A stretch of 64,000 nucleotides of DNA from Zygnema circumcarinatum SAG 698-1b (lineage: Eukaryota > Plantae > Zygnematophyceae). Within the stretch, counting starts at the first letter, position 1. Each line of letters opens with the position of its first letter. The DNA lies in contig CM074806.1 of NCBI GenBank assembly GCA_037447605.1, positions 2,604,001 through 2,668,000 of the forward strand, written 5' to 3'. Shown here piece by piece: positions 23,659 to 33,693 of this stretch. The notes beneath the pieces were generated by a model. It was not told where the DNA came from. It searched no databases and saw nothing but the letters and a program-made list of their open reading frames with translations. Position numbers and translations under genes: made by a program.

Positions 23659-24255
23659 ATGGGAAATTCGCCAAGCTGGAGTGCGCAGTGCTTTCCTGAT
23701 CGTCAAGAAGTGACGGTGGATTTGCGGCGACTCCATGCTGATCTCCCTTATGATTTTGAGGGCTTGATTGGAAACTTCCACTTGCCTTTTGCCTTAGGAC
23801 ACCGAACTTTGCGCGTCGGTGACTTTATTGCCCTTGCACAACAAGACGTTCCCGTATTGGGACGCGTTGAGGTCGATACTGAGATGCGGAGAAAAGTTGA
23901 CTCAGGTCTGGGAAGTCAAACTGTTGATCGTTTGGTTGTGGGAGTTAGCCAGCCTCTCTTGAAGAGTGGTTCAGATTGGAAAAGAATCAAGCGACTGGAG
24001 ACAAATATTGGGGCGGTCCTCGTGGAGGTTAGAGTTGTGAGCGATGTTGTCGGCATTTTGAAGATGGAAATGAAGCCGGGAAACTGGCTGCACAGGGGTG
24101 GGGCGTACCTTGTAGGACGGGCTGTGGGTTCTGTGTATATCTATGTACGGGGGAGATTTGAAACCCGACAAGATTGGAAAAAATATCTATTGGATTCTGT
24201 CCTAGCTGGACTTGCATCACTGCTCCTCACTCATCTGGTGAGATACTGTCGTTAA
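23659..24255 (+). CDS. Orphan putatively myristoylated protein, copy 2 (198 aa, MGNSPS)
   Basis: Intact ORF paralogous to 20855-21460. Confidence 0.75.
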   Translation: MGNSPSWSAQCFPDRQEVTVDLRRLHADLPYDFEGLIGNFHLPFALGHRTLRVGDFIALAQQDVPVLGRVEVDTEMRRKVDSGLGSQTVDRLVVGVSQPLLKSGSDWKRIKRLETNIGAVLVEVRVVSDVVGILKMEMKPGNWLHRGGAYLVGRAVGSVYIYVRGRFETRQDWKKYLLDSVLAGLASLLLTHLVRYCR

Positions 24256-24478
24256 CCAGTATGAATTTCCGCAAGTTGAGAGCCGCATCGTGATTTTGTC
24301 TGGAAGAATTGTCTCCCTTCTCCCAAACACTCTTCTGTATAAATTTGGTGTCGGCGTACTGTCTGACTCCTTAAAGCAATGTCAGAGGGGTCGTCGCACA
24401 TTTTGATGCCACGACTATGGAACTACATATTAAACATCATCAAGCCTATTTTAATAACCTCAATAAAACCATTGCAGG

Positions 24479-24695
24479 TCATTTCGGTGGCGTTTCCTCG
24501 ATCAAATCCAAGACTCCCTCCTCTGCCTGCACCCCCGGGAGATGGCCATGATAGGGTTCCACCTGGAGACCGTGCGTGGGTATGAGGGCCTTAAGAAGAC
24601 GCGACACCTCCAGTTTTCGGCTTGCACAGAGTTGGATAGGGTCTATAAGAAGGTTATGGTCCCTCTTATACACTTTTGCATCGAGGTTTTCCTTC
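24479..24695 (-). pseudogene. Gene X last exon, copy 2 (5' part replaced by a repeat insertion)
   Basis: KENLDAKVYKRDHNLLIDPIQLCASRKLEVSRLLKALIPTHGLQVEPYHGHLPGVQAEEG...PPK*; about 9 synonymous differences from copy 1. Confidence 0.55.
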
Positions 24696-25075
24696 TTTAT
24701 CCAATCCAATATCGTATCGATAATGTGTCGTATCGGGAACAATACATAGTGTGTATTTTTAGGGAAAGTGCTATTTACAGTGTCCTTTTTCTGAATGTAG
24801 TGTCCTTTTTCGCCGGGCAGCTTGTACAAAGGAAGTTTTAGCGAAAAATGCAGTTTCATACGTTTCAGAATAGATACAGACCTTTTCTCGTCGGGATGGC
24901 CTCACCATCGCGAGTTCAATGAAAGTTTCTTATTCCATATTAATACGATATTATACATTGTCTCGAACCTCAAGGTGTATACAGTAATACCGAGCTATAA
25001 CCCTGACACTAACACACTACAGTATCGAACCTCAAGGTGTATAGTACGGAACACTCCGCCGGACAACCAAAAGTG
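24696..25075. mobile_element. Composite repeat patch replacing several hundred bp of unit 2: MITE-family end (TAGGGAAAGTGCTATTTACA about 24770), SINE-like fragment (24895-24930), 19-bp direct repeat TCGAACCTCAAGGTGTATA (24963-24981, 25025-25043)
   Basis: Absent from units 1 and 3; matches elements at 14183 and 7917. Confidence 0.6.
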
Positions 25076-25267
25076 AAAAACAAGGATCCTTCACATTTAG
25101 GCTTATATTTGAACAATTTTTTTTTACAACTGACTGCAGGCGCTCCTTAAAGTTATGTACGAATCGCTGAACGTGCCGTCGTACTCTGCAAGACATGACG
25201 TGACACCATGGCAGCTGCGTGGCACGAAGGGGGATAGCTGAAAGGCTCCTTCCCCCGCGGAGGAGGC

Positions 25268-25384
25268 CTACTGTATGAACGTGAGCGGCTTCTTCAAGGC
25301 CTTCTGGATGTCTGGCGCGATGGTCAGGGGAGTCACAGTGGGGGCATAGCGCTGGATAGGTATGCCCTCTTTACTGATCAAGAA
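25268..25384 (-). pseudogene. Duplicated GPX terminal exon, unit 2
   Basis: Intact acceptor, ORF and stop; near-identical to 33694-33810. Confidence 0.88.
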
Positions 25385-26125
25385 CTGCGCAATGCGAGAA
25401 TGCAACCCACTGCCTCGGTCAGCCCTCATTCGTCATATCAGCTTCGAAGAGTCTTTTAGAATTCATGATATGACACGATCACCGAGTACCTTAAATTCAC
25501 GTTTCCTTTGCTTATAACTTTCTAACTTATGCAGATGGCCCGATACTCACAGATTCCTTGGGATAACAAGTCATGTGGCTGCGTGTAAACTCACGTTTGG
25601 GGGAGAAACGAAGAGACAAGGAAGCCGCCCCTCACTTGACTTAATCATAGAAGCTGCAGAGTTTTCTTTATGAATGGCAGAGTTGTAAATCGCTGTTACA
25701 CGAGTGCGTGCCTCAAGTATACTGATTAAGTGTTATGTGTGTATGCACTACTGTCTATCGCGCACTTTTGCAGCTCCTTTGGCTGGTCGTTGTTTTTAAA
25801 TGGCATGTGTTTTGTTCTGAAGGCTTGTGAAGGACGAACCACTCACCATAGTGCCGAGTCCAGGCGTTTATGTACATGTTATTTTTCACTTTTCACTGCT
25901 AACAAGTGCTTCATGATGAAACTAGCATAGGCTTGTGGGGCCTTGTGGAAATCTTTGACGTTCTCTCATACAGACCGGAGGTCGCCCTTGGCGACAGTTG
26001 GATCGCTGGAACTGGTGTAGCCCTCAGTCGTGTTCTCTGTTCGTTTTAAATATTCTCATTCGTTTTCCGTGATGAGGTGAAATATTCCAATATTTGTTTT
26101 TCGCTTTTTCTCCACTGCAGCTGTC

Positions 26126-26722
26126 ATGGGGAATAAGCCAAGCTGGAGTGCGCAGTGCTTTCCTGATCGTCTAGAAGTGACGGTGGATTTGCGGCGATTC
26201 CATGCTGATCTCCCTTATGATTTTGAGGGCTTGGGTGGTAACTTCCACTTGCCTTTTGCGTTAGGACACCGAACTTTGCGCGTCGGTGACTTTATTGCAC
26301 TCGCATTACGAGGAGTTCCCGTATGGGGACGCGTTGAGGTCGATACTGAGAGAAGGAGAGAAGTTAACTCAGATCCGGGAAGACAAACTGTTGATCGTTT
26401 GGTTGTGGGAGTTAGCCAGCCTCTCTTGAAGAGTGGTTCAGATTGGAAAAGAATCAAGCGACTGGAGACAAATATTGGGGCGGTCCTCGTGGAGGTTAGA
26501 GTTGTGAGCGATGTTGTCGGAATTTTGAAGATGGAAATGCCGCCGGGAGACTGGCCGCACAGGGGTGGGGCGTACCTTGTAGGACGGGCTGAGGGTTTCG
26601 TGGAGATCTATGTAAGGGGGAGATTTGAAACCCAACAGGATTGGGAAAAAACGCTATTGGATTCTGTCCTACCTGGACCTCGATCACTGCTCGGCATAAG
26701 TCTGGTGAGATACTGTCGTTAA
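26126..26722 (+). CDS. Orphan putatively myristoylated protein, copy 3 (198 aa, MGNKPS)
   Basis: Intact ORF paralogous to copies 1 and 2; the C-terminal tail is less hydrophobic (VLPGPRSLLGISL). Confidence 0.72.
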   Translation: MGNKPSWSAQCFPDRLEVTVDLRRFHADLPYDFEGLGGNFHLPFALGHRTLRVGDFIALALRGVPVWGRVEVDTERRREVNSDPGRQTVDRLVVGVSQPLLKSGSDWKRIKRLETNIGAVLVEVRVVSDVVGILKMEMPPGDWPHRGGAYLVGRAEGFVEIYVRGRFETQQDWEKTLLDSVLPGPRSLLGISLVRYCR

Positions 26723-26869
26723 CCAGTATGAATTCCCGCAAGTTGAGAGCCGCATCGTGATTTTGTCTGTAAGAATTGTCTCCCTTCTCCCAAAAATCTC
26801 TTCTGTATAAAAGTGGTGTCGGCATACTGTTTGGCTCGCTGAAGCAATGTCAGACGGGTCGTCGATGTG

Positions 26870-27057
26870 TCATTTCGGTGCAGGGGTGGTTTCTGGTGGC
26901 TCGTCTATGGAATCCCAGACGCCCTCCTTTGCCTCCACTCCCGGGAGATGGCCTTTGTAGAGTTCCTCCTGGAGGCCGTGCCTGGGCATGAGGGCATTCA
27001 GAAGACGTGACACCTCCAATTTATGGCTTGTACAGAGCTGGATAGGGTCTATAAGAA
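26870..27057 (-). pseudogene. Gene X last exon, copy 3 (truncated by the 5.9-kb block)
   Basis: LIDPIQLCTSHKLEVSRLLNALMPRHGLQEELYKGHLPGVEAKEGVWDSIDEPPETTPAPK*. Confidence 0.55.
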
Positions 27058-27994
27058 TAGAGATAGATAGGGATATATCTGGATCCCCCCTCCCCCCTCC
27101 CCCCTCCCTCCCCCCTCTCCCCCATCCCCCCATCCCCCCTCCCTCCCTCTCCCCCATCCCCCCTCACCCCTCCCCCCTCCCTCCTGCCCCCTCCCCTTCC
27201 CCCTCCACTCCAGCTCACCCCCACTCCTCCCCCTTCTGTTCTCCTCCTCCCCGACCCCCCCTCCACTCCGCCTATCATCTCGCTCCCTTTGCCGTCCGTC
27301 ACGCACCCAGCCGGAATTTCAAATGACACCAGTTTCTATGTGCGTAACGATCCAACTGAAATTCTTTGCTTTGGTGTGAGCACATGCCGCGACACATACC
27401 CTACCGTATAGGCAACACGTGGCGTGTTCTGGAGCAAAGTCGATGGACTTTTGCTGTCCAAAATAAGTACAGCCCCTCAGGGCTGTCCTCAGGGCGGACG
27501 AGACCTGTTCCGTGCCGTTCCGTTCCATGTCGTCCGCTCGGTCTGGCGGCGTTCCTTGCGAGCCGTTGTCACAAACCGCCAACAGCGAACAGCGGCTCCG
27601 CCGTTCGACCGCCGAACTTTACGGGGGCTGTAACAGAACAGCGAACAGCCGTCGGGCTGTCGCCCCCCCTCCCGCCCTTCGCGTCGCGGCGGGTTGGCTG
27701 CTCGCCTGCTGCTCGAGCCGCGTCGTCGTGGTTTCAAGGCGGGGGGTGGCGGGCACCGCGCGGCTTTTGGGTGTTCGTCCTAGGGTGGCGCTTTGATTGG
27801 ACTTTCTTCAACTGCTTGAAGCCTGGAGGTGGAAACTGAGGCGGAAAGTGCTTTCTTTATCTCCGAAACGAACTTTTTCAACTAGACTTTACTTATTAAA
27901 CTTCAACTGTCCGGATGCGCGAAACTTCATCAGCAAAGTTGAACCACGAAGCAAAATTTGAATGAAGTTGAGAAAACTTGGAGCGTGAAATGGC

Positions 27995-28090
27995 AGCCTT
28001 AGGTCTTTAGTGAGCGGTTCATCGTTGTTCCCCATGGACATGTTGTTGTCGTCCATGAACATTTGATGGCATCGACATCGTGAGACCAAT
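27995..28090 (+). mobile_element. Copy E of SINE-like repeat (diverged)
   Basis: GTCCATGAACATTTGATGGCATCGACATCGTGAGACCAAT matches the family core. Confidence 0.55.
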
Positions 28091-29294
28091 ATGGATGGTC
28101 GTGTGCGATATGTTTATATTTCTTGTTAAAACTCGGACTTTTAGAACTAAAAAAGTAGGGCCTTCAAACTTTTGGGAAAATGAACCCCCCCCCCTCCCCT
28201 TCCGTCCCCTCCCCTGGCCTCCCCTCCCCGCCTCTCTCCTCCCCTCCCCCCCCCTCCCCGCCTCTCTCCTCCCCTTCCCCCCCCTCCCCGCCTCTCCCCT
28301 CTTCTTTCCCTCCCCTCCCCGCCATTGCCCTCCCCTTTCGTCCCATCCCCTCCCCTCCCCTGCCCCAAGTCATGATCTAGCACTACAAGCACGAAGGGTT
28401 TCCCATCAAGATCGGCAAGCATGGCGACAGCCGCTGACTCTACTCTCTCTCTCTCTCTCGCCTCTGCTCTGCTCTCTTTCTTGCGCTGATGTGTGGGAAG
28501 GAGAAAACAGGGGGGTGGAATAGCCAAAATTAAAGGGCGAACTTTCAGAAGATGGGGCGAGATATCCAGAGGGGGGGGGATATCATTTCCTGCTTTTATT
28601 TTGTTTTAAAGTCAATACGGACGTGTGTACGGCGTCCTAGGGACAGTTCAAGTGCCGTGGTTGGGCCGCCATTAGCCAACCATTGGCTGCAATCCAGCCG
28701 CTGCACTGCCATTGCCCTTGGAGGCCGCCGCGACGTGACTTGGTGTGACGTCGCATGACGCACGTGACATCATCCTGAAGTGCTGCCGTTAAATCGAGCA
28801 GGTTGAGAACAAATTAGAAAAGTAACATAAAAGTCGAACAATACTCTCACGACCATCCTAAAGAGCAACGCCACTTCCCGGCACGCCCTGCAAGCAGCAC
28901 TCGCAGTCGCCCCCAGCGCAATTCCCATTTCTCTAATCGTTTCGAACAACGAGCCGGCCGTCCCGTTCCTCGCCGTTACAGTTACAGTTCCCGCGGCAAT
29001 CTCTGCGATGCGTCTTTCCGTACAATACCGTCGCGCCCACAGCTACTGTAGCGGCCAAACAGCGCGCAGCGGAACGAGGCGCAAAGCGACAAAGGGCGGG
29101 CGGGCGGGCGGGCGGGGCCGCCCCCCGCTGGGTCGCCGCAAGTGCGAACTTGCCACGTGGAGACGCAGCACCAATGGCGCGACGCCACGTGTTGACGTAA
29201 CTGTTCGCTGCCGGCGGCTCCGCAAACGGACAAAAGGGACAGCTGCGCGGGGGCGCACAAAGGCGCCCGCGCGGAGGGGAACGGCACCGCGCTC

Positions 29295-29295
<1 letters not shown>

Positions 29296-29345
<50 letters not shown>
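29296..29345. repeat. (GCT)n microsatellite, about 16 units, upstream of the root-cap gene
   Basis: Read directly. Confidence 0.95.
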
Positions 29346-29496
29346 GATCGACCCGCAGCGAGGGGGCGGAGGGACACAGGAAGAGGGAGGGAGGGAGGGA
29401 GAAAGAGAGAGGGGGAGAGGTAGAGATAGGAAGAGGGAGGGAAAGAAAGAGATAGACAGAGCGACGGAGGGAGGAGAGTGAGCGAGAGACGGCGCA

Positions 29497-32352
29497 ATGG
29501 CTGCAAACGGGAGAAGTTGGGCGGCGGTCGTTGGGGTGCTCTGCGCTGCATTGCTCCAGTCCTTGCTTCCCGCCGTGGTAAGATCAGGCTTCGGAGAAGG
29601 CACTAATGATAAGTCGGCACTAGAAGTGAAAACTTGTGGAAAGGCTTGTCGTGGTATTAACATTTTTGGCAGTTAGACCTTCTTGAAATGAAAACGAATG
29701 TATCATAATTCCAACCCCTGAAACCCCCCAGGTTGGTCCTGATTTCTCCTCTGTGAGCACTTTGCGCAGAGCGGCAGCTCCATTGTGGGATCGCTGTTCT
29801 GCGACAAGTGCTGGGACGGCTCCTTCAGCGGCACCCTCGACCTCCTGGACGCGCTCACCCCTGTAAGGCTTCTCCTCATCCATCCATGTCCCAAAATCCC
29901 TCTTTGCGCCATATCTCTCTTTCTCTTCATCCGCACCTCCATCACCCTCTCTCTCTCTCTCCGACTCTCTCCTCTCTAGTTTCATTCTTGCAATGTGATG
30001 TCCACCACTTGAGTGGGAGTATTGTAGGCTGACGCCGTGGTGCCACGTGTGCCCTAATGCGGTGCCAGGTGAGCATCAACTGCAGCATCAGTTCCGTCGT
30101 GGCCGGGCAGACCTCCTACACGTACGTGTGGGCCACGGGGGGCACCCCTGCAAGCGGAGGCTTCCAGGTAACCACGTCACAAACTCTCATCCTCAAAAAT
30201 CATGCTAAGTCAATAAATAAACTAATAAAGTGTACGTTTTCAATAGGATAATTTTCATTGTAATATAGATTTTTTTTTTTTGCTAATCAGCTCCTTCAAC
30301 ATAAATGTTGAATTTCGTTGATTCTCTCTCCCTATTCTTCGACCCCTCTCTTCCTCCCTCCCCCTGCCTCTCTCCGCCTCACCATTGGGGATGCATGCAT
30401 GCGCGCATATGCATGCCCGCAGGTCGCCATCAGCGGCGCTACGGGCACATCGGCGCTCATTTCCGCGAACGCGAAGTTCCTGAGCGCGCTCTTCGTGGGC
30501 GGCAATCCGCTCAGCGGCCAGATCGCGACCGCGCAGATCGACGGCTGCTACGTGACGGCCTCCAGCGGGCTCTGCCCCGTCAACATCCTCAACAACGGCC
30601 AGTGCAGCTCCGGAGGCGTGCTGGTCAGCTCTCTCTCTCTCTCTCTCTCGCTCTTTGCGTCCCATTCTGTTTTACGCTTTGACCGCCTTTTTCTCCATTT
30701 GCTTCTCCTACTCCTTCGGCCTCCGTCTCCGTCTACTCCTTTGTGTCCCTCACCCTTTGAAGACTAGTTTCTGTTTTTTTTGCTCTCTACCACCTACTCT
30801 TTCCCAATATTTTAACTCTCCCGTCTTTCTCTCTCTCTCTGTTTTCTCTAATAATTCCTTGTACCTGTATTGCTCCTCTCCCTTCCGCCTCGTTTTCGCT
30901 CTGCCCAGCCTTTATCTCGTTCATCCTCCTCTGTCAACACTTCCTTCTCCATCCACTTTCCTGGTTGCCCTCCCACGCAATCTTCCTTCTTCCTCCCTCT
31001 TCCCTATTTGTCTCCCTGCTTCTCACTCTTCCTCCCCCTTATTACTCTCCAGGGTAACGCATGGATCAGCGCCGTGACTCTCACAAACTTGGCTTCCACC
31101 TCCGCCGACATCAGCCTGGGCGTGCAGGCGTGCTACGCCCCCTCCATCCGGGACGCGAGCTGCCCCGCCGCGTCTGCCCCCTCTCCCGGGGGAGTGGGAG
31201 ACCCCCACTACACTGGGGCCGATGGCTCCCGCTTCGACTTTTCAGGTATGATTTTTAAGATCTGTAATAACATGTTAAGGTTGAAAGTTTTTGCGTTTCT
31301 AGCCTTTTTTGAGTGTTCAGCATGAAACCTTTGAACACTGCTTAATGGTAATACAGTTAGCGGTGAGAAATTGCAAATTCTTCAAAGTTGATGGATGTGG
31401 ATGCGTGCATTGCGAGCAGGCGAACCCAACACCACCTTTTGCCTCGTCAGCGACGCCCACCTCCACATCAACGTGTTCTATGGCGGCCGTTACGGGCGGT
31501 GGGGCAGCAACCCGCACAAGGCCCTCACATGGATCCGCCAAATCGGCGTCCTTTGGGGCCACCACACCATCCTGCTGGCGGCACGGGAAGGCGCCAGGTG
31601 GCAGTACGATGGCGGCTATCTGGGCCGCCTCATGATCGACGGTCAGGATGTGGAGCTCGGGCAGGCGGGAGACTCTGCCGTCCGCGCCAATGGCGACATT
31701 GAAGTGAAGTGGCTCGCGGCGAAGAGGCGCAGCGGCGATGACTTTGTGGATGTGTTCCACATCAAGGTCGCGGATGTGCTGAGTTTGAGGCTCACATTGC
31801 GTCCAGAAATCGCGATGTTGAGGACCCCCACGGACGGCGTTGTGCACTTCGACTTTGAAATGCCGGTGGCCGACTTGTCGGACAATGCGCATGGGGTTTT
31901 AGGGCAGACCTTCCGCTCCGACCACAAGGATAGACTGTGAGTGCTGACAGACATCAAGCGAAACCCCTCTCCTTTCGCATTATTTCGCCCTACCTGCAAC
32001 GAGTCATGCCGTGCTTTGGTTTGTTTCTGATTGGAGCCCAATTATGCACAGGATACATTTGACTGACACGTTGTTTTGAGAATGACGTTTGGGTGGCAGT
32101 GCGAATCAAAAGCTGGAGTACAGTGAGCTTTTCGGGGCCGAAGTGGTGCCGGGAGACGACGCGGAAGGGTTTCTGGACGGCAGCGTGGCGAGCTACCGCT
32201 CCTCGGGCCTCCTCCGCGCGGACTGCCTCTTCGCGCGCTTCGTCCGAGCGCGCGAGCGCGTGCAGGGGACGGAGCGCGCCACGGAGCTCGCGTCCTCCGC
32301 CGCGCGGAACATGCTCGGCGAGAGCGTCAAGAGCTTCGCGCTGTTGCAGTAG
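29497..32352 (+). CDS. Secreted protein: signal peptide, Ole e 1-like N-terminal segment, root cap / LEA-related domain; exons 29497-29577, 29770-29862, 30069-30167, about 30423-30624, about 31053-31246, about 31420-31937, about 32100-32352
   Basis: MAANGRSWAAVVGVLCAALLQSLLPAV; IVGSLFCDKCWDGSF...VSINC; GDPHYTGADGSRFDFSG...FCLVSDAHLHIN...TWIRQIGVLW; LSDNAHGVLGQTFR; Y-R-SSGLLRADCLFARF (PF06830-type root cap motifs). Confidence 0.88.
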
Positions 32353-33693
32353 GCGACGCGACGCGACGCGATTAGGGTTGTGGGCTCGCCCGCTCGAGCG
32401 ACCGAGCGCGGGGGCTTTGGCTCTCTCACACCGCTCCTTTGTGAAGCGCGGTTTGTTCGTGGGATGAGCGAGTGCTCGCGTTGGTAGCGGATGGGAGGTG
32501 TGGGCCGTTCTGCAACAGAAGGGTCCTTTGGCGGTAGTCGTAGGTAGTTCGACGGCGCACAGTGTGGCGAAGCAGTGCGTGTATGGTGTGTACTTGATGT
32601 GGAACAAATATGTATATATCACGAGATTTTTTTTCTGGGTTGAAACGTGTTTTATGTGTTGGTCCGCGCTTCAAGAAACTGCAACCGAGTGGTCAATGCA
32701 TGGACACAGTTCCTTCGTGGCATTCGAGGGGCCGCGAGGGTTAACTATACACATAAAGTAAAAAGCCCCTCAAACCGACCCGAGCGAAGACGCAAACTCC
32801 CCCTCCCACTCCCCCCTCCTCCTCCCTCCGCCCTCCCTCCCCTCTCCCCTCTCCTCCATCCCCCCTCCCCTCTCTCCCCTCCCCCCTCCCCCCACTTCCC
32901 TCCGCCTTCCCCCCTCCCCCCTCTCCCCACTTCCCTCTTCCCTCTTCTTCCCCCTCCCACATCCCCCCAACTTCAGGCTGTCATACTTTCAGGTTTTCAA
33001 TTGCCCGTATCTGTATGTGACCTCGTCTCGGTTTTTGCTGACTTTATTGTGAACGAATTATTAGGTGATGCAATTACCTCTCATTCTACCTGAAGGAAGC
33101 ACGTTATTACTCAGACGCCACATTCACCATGCCTCGTTTCAATAACGAGATGCCCCAATTTAATCAGCAATTGCAATGAATTATGTGCAATAGCGTGCGA
33201 TAAATGGTTAAGCACAAGAAGGAGGAACAACCTTCCGCAACTGCATGGAAAACTATTGCAATCGAATTAGTTTTTGCATTGGCAAGTTGCTAATGAATGT
33301 AGGTCTCAACATGCTGCACGGAACAATGGAAAACGGGTCAACGAGGTGCGAAGTGCGTGCACAAGGCTGACCATTTTAGAAGCATATCCAAACCCTCATA
33401 TCAATGATACATAAAAAAAAGAACTATTTTTTTTTGAAAAACATAGATTTGACGGACATCAGAAAAAGGCAAGTATAATGAAGGCCAGACAGAACCAAAA
33501 AAAGCACAAAAAAAGTATCCTTCACGTTAAGGCTTATGTTTGAACATTACAGCTGTCTGCAGGCTCTCCTTAAGTTATGTACAAATCGCTGAGCGTGCCG
33601 CCATACTCTGCCAAGACATGACGTGAGACCATGGCAGCTGCCCACTGCCACGAAGGGGGATAACTGAAAGGCTCCTTTCCCCGCGGAGGAGGT

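Noticed and set aside
24542-24841. Plus-strand ORF MAMIGFHLETVRGYEG...
   Set aside because: Frame is broken by a stop in copies 1 and 3 and silent changes favour the minus frame.
20855-26722. Apparent mosaic (copy 3 = copy 1 5' half plus copy 2 3' half)
   Set aside because: Shared states can equally be lineage-specific changes in the odd copy; cannot be polarised with three sequences.
27021-28527. Gly/Glu/Arg- and Pro-rich ORFs (also 32741-32970, 47431-48258, 52007-52654, 54014-54367)
   Set aside because: Translations of purine/pyrimidine low-complexity tracts.
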